A stretch of DNA of 64,000 nucleotides. It comes from Stylophora pistillata. Taxonomy: Eukaryota. Below the pieces are notes generated by a model. That model was not told the DNA's origin and did no database searches. It was given only the letters and a program-made list of their open reading frames with translations. The stretch spans positions 727,204-791,203 of the forward strand of contig NW_019217828.1 in NCBI RefSeq assembly GCF_002571385.2, in the 5' to 3' direction. This document shows, piece after piece, positions 57,501-63,500 of the stretch (positions are counted from its first letter, which is position 1; every line of letters begins with the position of its first letter). The translations under genes and the position numbers were made by a program.

Positions 57501-60500
57501 CAGATTTCCGATTTTGGCCACTAGTGGCAGATTTCCGATTTTGGCCACTAGTGGCCGATTTGCGATTTTGGACAGTATTGGCAGATTTCCCATTTTGGCC
57601 AGTATTGGCAGATTTCTTATTTTGGCCAGTATTGGCAGATTTCCCATTTTGGACAGTATTGGCAGATTTCCCATTTTGGACAGTATTGGCAGATTTCTTA
57701 TTTTGGCCAGTATTGGCAGATTTCCCATTTTGGCCAGTAGTTGCCGATTTGGGATTTTGGCCACTCGTGGTCGATTTGGGATTTTGGCCAGTAGCGGCAC
57801 ATTTCCGATTTTGGCTATCTTTTATCTTTTATTTAAGTGACGGATGGCTTACGCTTCAAGGATATGATGATCGTGAATAAACATTCGTGATGGTATGTAC
57901 GCCGAACGAATCAGTAGAGCGTGAAATCTCACTGTATGGCAATCAGACTTCATTTGAATGTTCTTCTTTATTTACGACGCGTGCGAGCGCTGCTTTTGCT
58001 TTCTAGAGGTGAAAGAAACTCGTCTTTACTCTACTTTTGAACGCAGTAGTTTTAAAAAGAATTTGGCTACGGATCTTAATCGTGACTAATTTAATATTCA
58101 TGACAAAATTGGGATCAGAGTAAACGTCCGGATAATCTAGGTTCGACTGTATTAATATTACAGAATTATTGCAGATCATATATTTACAAAGAAATTGTTC
58201 CCTACCTGCGCGACATCCATAAAACTCGACTCTCATAGAAATGTGGCTTCTCCATCCCCTCGGGTGTAAACGAATGTAACGCGCTAAAATAGGTGGGTTG
58301 ATAGCTTGCGTGACTACGCTGTTGCGATCGCGGTTTCCTTGAAAGAACTGAAAGGGAAAATTTGATAATAACGTTGAGTGAAAAGGTTAGCAAAGAGGCG
58401 ATGGTATCATAATATTCAAGAAAACAGAGGATCAAATTCTTTGTAGGAAGCTAACGTCCAAAGACTGATCTTTTTAGTGGTCACGTTACTTGTGTTATGT
58501 TATGTTTGTCATATTGAGGAAACACCTTAAACTCGTCAGGCAAAAGATTTCATCTGTGTGTATTGTGAAAGGAGACTTAAGGTGCTTGTTGGAGATTATA
58601 AAGTTCAGTTTGTTGGTCAGGTGAATTCAAAGCCATGACTATCCAGTTAACTTTGAAGGTAACGTATGTGTATCTGTCAAAGTGAGGTATGGTCTCGTTG
58701 GCAGCCCCTGTTTGCTCGTGTTGTGCAATGCACTTTCTTCCTTGAGAAACCATGATGCGTGACAGTCACAGAATATCATACCGCGGTGAGCTCTCCAAAG
58801 ATGCATGACAGTCACAGAATATCATAACGCGGTGAGCTATCCCAAGTTGCAAGCGATAACTCTACAAATGACTCCTAAATCGTGTGTCTTACCTTATCCT
58901 GACTGTTAATCCTATGAATCTGCCAGTGAATTCCATCCAAGCTGGAGGAAAGTTGATAACGCGTTACCCACTGGTCAGCGTCCTGTCGGCCTTGAGTGTC
59001 CACTTTAGTGATTTTCATTGGTCGAGAGAAGTCAAACTTGATCCATTGGTTGTGATTGTTATGTCTTGAGCACCAGGCTCCCACATAACTTCCATGCCGT
59101 ACTCGACCCAGTCTTCCAAGCCAAGCCGCGTGGTATTTGTTGTATTCTGAAGATGCGGTGATCTTGGAGTTCGGTAGTTTTCTAACCAATGGGCTGCTGC
59201 ACGAAAATACTGCAAAACAGAAACGTGAAGCATGGAGAATGATACCGTTTTTTACATTAAAAAGACCGAGATTTACGTGCTCAAATAAAATTAGGCGACA
59301 AATAATAAAAGAATGTCAACATTTCGATAGAATATGTTTCATTTCATAGCAAGAGTTTTGTTGAGTCAAATCTTCTATGGTATATTTTCATGCTTTTTCA
59401 GTTATATAGAGAAAAAAATGTCATAAAAACTCATTGGTAAGTGTCAAAACTCTTGAAAATGTTGAAATAGGATCGGTACATAGGGTAATCAAGAACTGCT
59501 GAGTGGTTGAGGAAGTGAACCAGGAACGATAAAAATTTTATCTAAACATGGACGTTATTGAAGGGTAGAAGCAGTCAATTAATTAATCAGTCCGTCAAAC
59601 AATCAATCAATCAATCATTCCATCGATCAATCAGTCAATCAATCAGTCAATCAATCGATCTATCAGTCCATCAATCAATCATCAATCTGTATATTAGTCT
59701 TTGTTCTTGTCTGCCTATCTGTCTGTCGATCGGTGAATAAATCAATCACTTCGTCCAGGACCAATAGTGAAACATTTTCGTTCCTCTCCTTCGTAAACAC
59801 TCTCGAAACACGAACTCTAACATACCATAACAGCCGTATATCTCTGCTCTCATCGAAATCCAGCCGTACCAACGTCTTGGATAAATACGAACATACACGG
59901 CGTTGAACTGCTTCACAAAATCGTGGTACACAATCGAGTGCCTGTTGCTGTTTCCGGTGAACACCTGTCAGGAACAAGAATATTGAAATTCAAAAGAAAT
60001 GATTGGAGAGCAATCGCAGTGACCAAGACAGTTAGCAGGATTTCCATACGCAATAGGCCTTTCACTCTGGTGTATCTGTTTAACAAATATATTCCATGTT
60101 GTCGTGGGTATGTTTAGTGATAGATCAACAATGACGTTAACATCTGCTAAAAACAAAAAAGTGGCACAGTGTGCCCCAGATGTTTGGAATACTCTTACCT
60201 TGGTTCCCCTCCCTTCAGAGTAATAGCGGAAGTTGGTTGAATCCGGACTGTAGGACACAATATACCTTGTCACCCATTGATTAGCATTCTGTCTTCCCTG
60301 GGTAGCAATCCCTGTCGCCCTGACCACACCCACAAAGCTCACTTGGAACCACTGGTTGTGGTTGTTGGTCCTAGCACTCCATGACCAGCGATGGTTTAAC
60401 CGGCCATGCCAGGGGGACAGATTATGATTGTAATATGTAGACGCCGATAAAAGGCCATTGGTGATACGTTTGTCTTCCAAACCAAGAGGAAGTGAGCAAC

Positions 60501-63500
60501 GTCCTTACATTAAAAAAAAAAAATAGAAATAATAAACAGAAAATGAAATGTAAGAAATCATAAAGGCAAAAATGAGGAATAGAATATACTGATGGCAAGG
60601 GAAAGGGCGGGTAAAAATAGCATGAGCCAGTCAACATCAGGTATTGGCTCATCAATAAGGTTATTTCCTAGAAATAAAGGTTGTTCTCGGACCTTTTTAA
60701 ATTTTCCCTGATTCTTCCCCACAATACAGTGTAAAACTTATTTTCTATGAATCTTCAAATAAATTTCACTATATGACCAATTTCACACATACCCCACCCC
60801 TAACCTAAAAAAGTCAACAAATAACAAGTTAGGATTAAGTCGGTTTAAGGGAGGGGTAGGTGCGCAGCTGCTCAGACACTGACATTCATCTGAAGTTTCC
60901 ATGACAGGTAATCTTAGTTTTGAATCATGCGCGTCCTAATTAAAGGATTTTGCGAGTACTGTTGTGCGCAGAACAGGATGAGCCATGCAACACCAAGGAG
61001 TCATAGCATTAAAGTTTACTTTTCAGTTTGATTTTAATAAGGACGAGATCAAACCTGCAGAACACCCATACAGCTCCACTCTCATAGAGATATGTCTGTA
61101 CCAGCCCCAAGGATGGACACGTAGAAAGCGCGCTCTGATTTGCGGAAATAAACGATTTTGTACCACACTGTTTTGGTCTCTATTACCCACAAGGTACTGG
61201 GAAAATAAGAATGAAGATATGGTTAACTTCTGTGAATTCTTAAGCTTAAAAACACTGTAGGATATTCTTCTCACAAAGTTATTTTAAAGCTTAAAAGTTT
61301 TCATTAGAGAATGGCTTTATGCGTGCATGACGAACGCCATGGTTCATTAAAATAACGCAAAAGTATTGTCTCCACACTTACTTTCCGGTTGCTGTTATGT
61401 TTAAACTCCGCGAAGTGCGCGCCATCTTGACTGTAGCTAAGATAATACTGAGTGACCCATTGAGCGGCATCTTGTCTTCCCTGAGTGGCGATTTTTACCA
61501 ATCTTACTGCGCGGTAAAAATCGATCTGAAACCACTGGTACCGTGTGTTATGTCGAGCACACCAGGCCCCCACTCGATGGCCAATGCGGCGAAGGTGAAG
61601 CCTGCCATTGTTAGGCACGTGATTTCCGTCCCAGCTAGAGGACGCGGATAGCTGTGCTGCTTTTATGCGACCATTTTGCATTCCCAGAGGTTGGTTACAT
61701 CGCTTTCCTGTAAATTGCGATATAAACTTAATGTAGAGCTAAAAGTTTTCATTTAGAATGTTACCTTAAGTTCTTAACACTTGTGTTTTTTACAGACAAG
61801 TTAACCAGGTCAGAAATATAAATTCCCTTGATCCGTTAAAATTAGGACCAGCTATCAAAATCTACACCACTCAATCTAGTTTAACCTTTCAAATGATATT
61901 CTACATGTAATTTGTGATCTCGGGGTCTCAAAATAAGTTAAGTCTACCCTTTCATACGATATTTCAAACTAAGGTGATTCAAACTTCGGTGATCACTTCC
62001 ATGTCTCTCATTCCCTTTCTGTAAAACGTTGCCAGACTTGAAAATTCAACTCAGTAAGAGCGCGGTTACCTGGACACTTCTCATGTCAAGTTTTATAGAT
62101 CAAGGACCTTCGCTGCTTTAGTGAAATCTTACCGTAGACACATCCATAGAACTCGACCCTCAAGCCAATCCAAGAATACCAAGAAACAGGGTAAACTCTG
62201 AAGTATTTGCCATGGAGTACCCGGGCAAACCTATTTTGCACGATGATGTATCTGTCATAGTTTCCACGGAAAATCTATAAAACAAGAAAGACAAATGAAA
62301 TGTTCATGACGATTGAACTAATAAAAGAATCTGTTCGATCGGTAAGGACTATTATGGCGATCTCCTAAAAGTTCTGAAATGACTCTTTCATCAAGACAGA
62401 CGAGCCATAGTGCTTCATATTCCCTCTCCTTGGAACGAGCGATCTCGAACCGTATGAGAATCAGGGCAAAATTTGGAGATGGGAGTTTTGACATCACATC
62501 AGTAAGTAAAACATACCTTTGTGGTTCTACCCTCGCGATATGGAACAAATCCAGTTCTAGTTCTTGAATATTTGATGTAATATTTCTTCACCCAGTAATT
62601 GGCATTCTGCATTCCCTGGGTAGCGACACGTGTCACTTTCGCCATAGCCTGGAAATCAACCTGCAGCCACCTTTGTCCGTCATTTCTACGCGGTGACCAT
62701 CCTCCACCAAAACGGCTGTAACGCCGCCTGTTGAGTCGGGCGTTCCACGGCGCGTCGTAAATATTGTTGTACGAAGAAGCAGTCATCACTGGGTCAGGAA
62801 CTCGGCCGTCTTCGAGACCGAGTGGCATATCACAATGATCTAGAAGGAAAACCGTAAAAATTACAGAAATACGTCAAACATTTGTCACTTGCTTGGGATA
62901 AATAAAACTCTTGCTCAGCCAGCAATTTAATCGACCGTGCTAAGCCGAAGGCTCATAGAATAAGTTCACATGCCACCAGTGTTCTGGATTTTACAAGGAT
63001 TTCAAGCGTCTTGATGGTCGTTAAACAAAGAAAAGTGCACATAAAAAAATATAAAGGTAAAGACTGATGATAAGCAAGGGTGAGCAGAAAATACTTAAAC
63101 GGTTACAGAGAGCTTTTTCTTTGGTCGGGTGACTAAACAAAATAGAAATTCACACATTGTTTTGGTTTTGTAAAAGAGAAGTTAAATTTTACTTCTCTTT
63201 GGCTTGGAAATTCTTTGGAGGAATAGCAAGTCAGTAACGACAACAAAAACAAATCCACCATCCGAAATGTGAAAGGTCCAATCAGAGGGCGAAGTATCAT
63301 GACTTTGCTGGAATAGGGACGTGGAGCCAGAAGGCTACGATGAAACACAAGGAGTCGTATCACCACTGAATGCGAATTTGTGTCAACCCCAAGCTAAGAT
63401 TTAATTCGAGTTTTCGTTGAGCCTTCATTCCAGGATTCTAGTTATTCAGGGGGTTTCTCAAAAACAGCTTCCTATAATTCTTTAAAATGTAGAGAGCCCC

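Noticed and set aside
56564-57880. 390-aa LRR-like or repeat proteins on both strands
   Set aside because: Translations of a 27-bp minisatellite (unit divisible by 3); no unique sequence or gene structure
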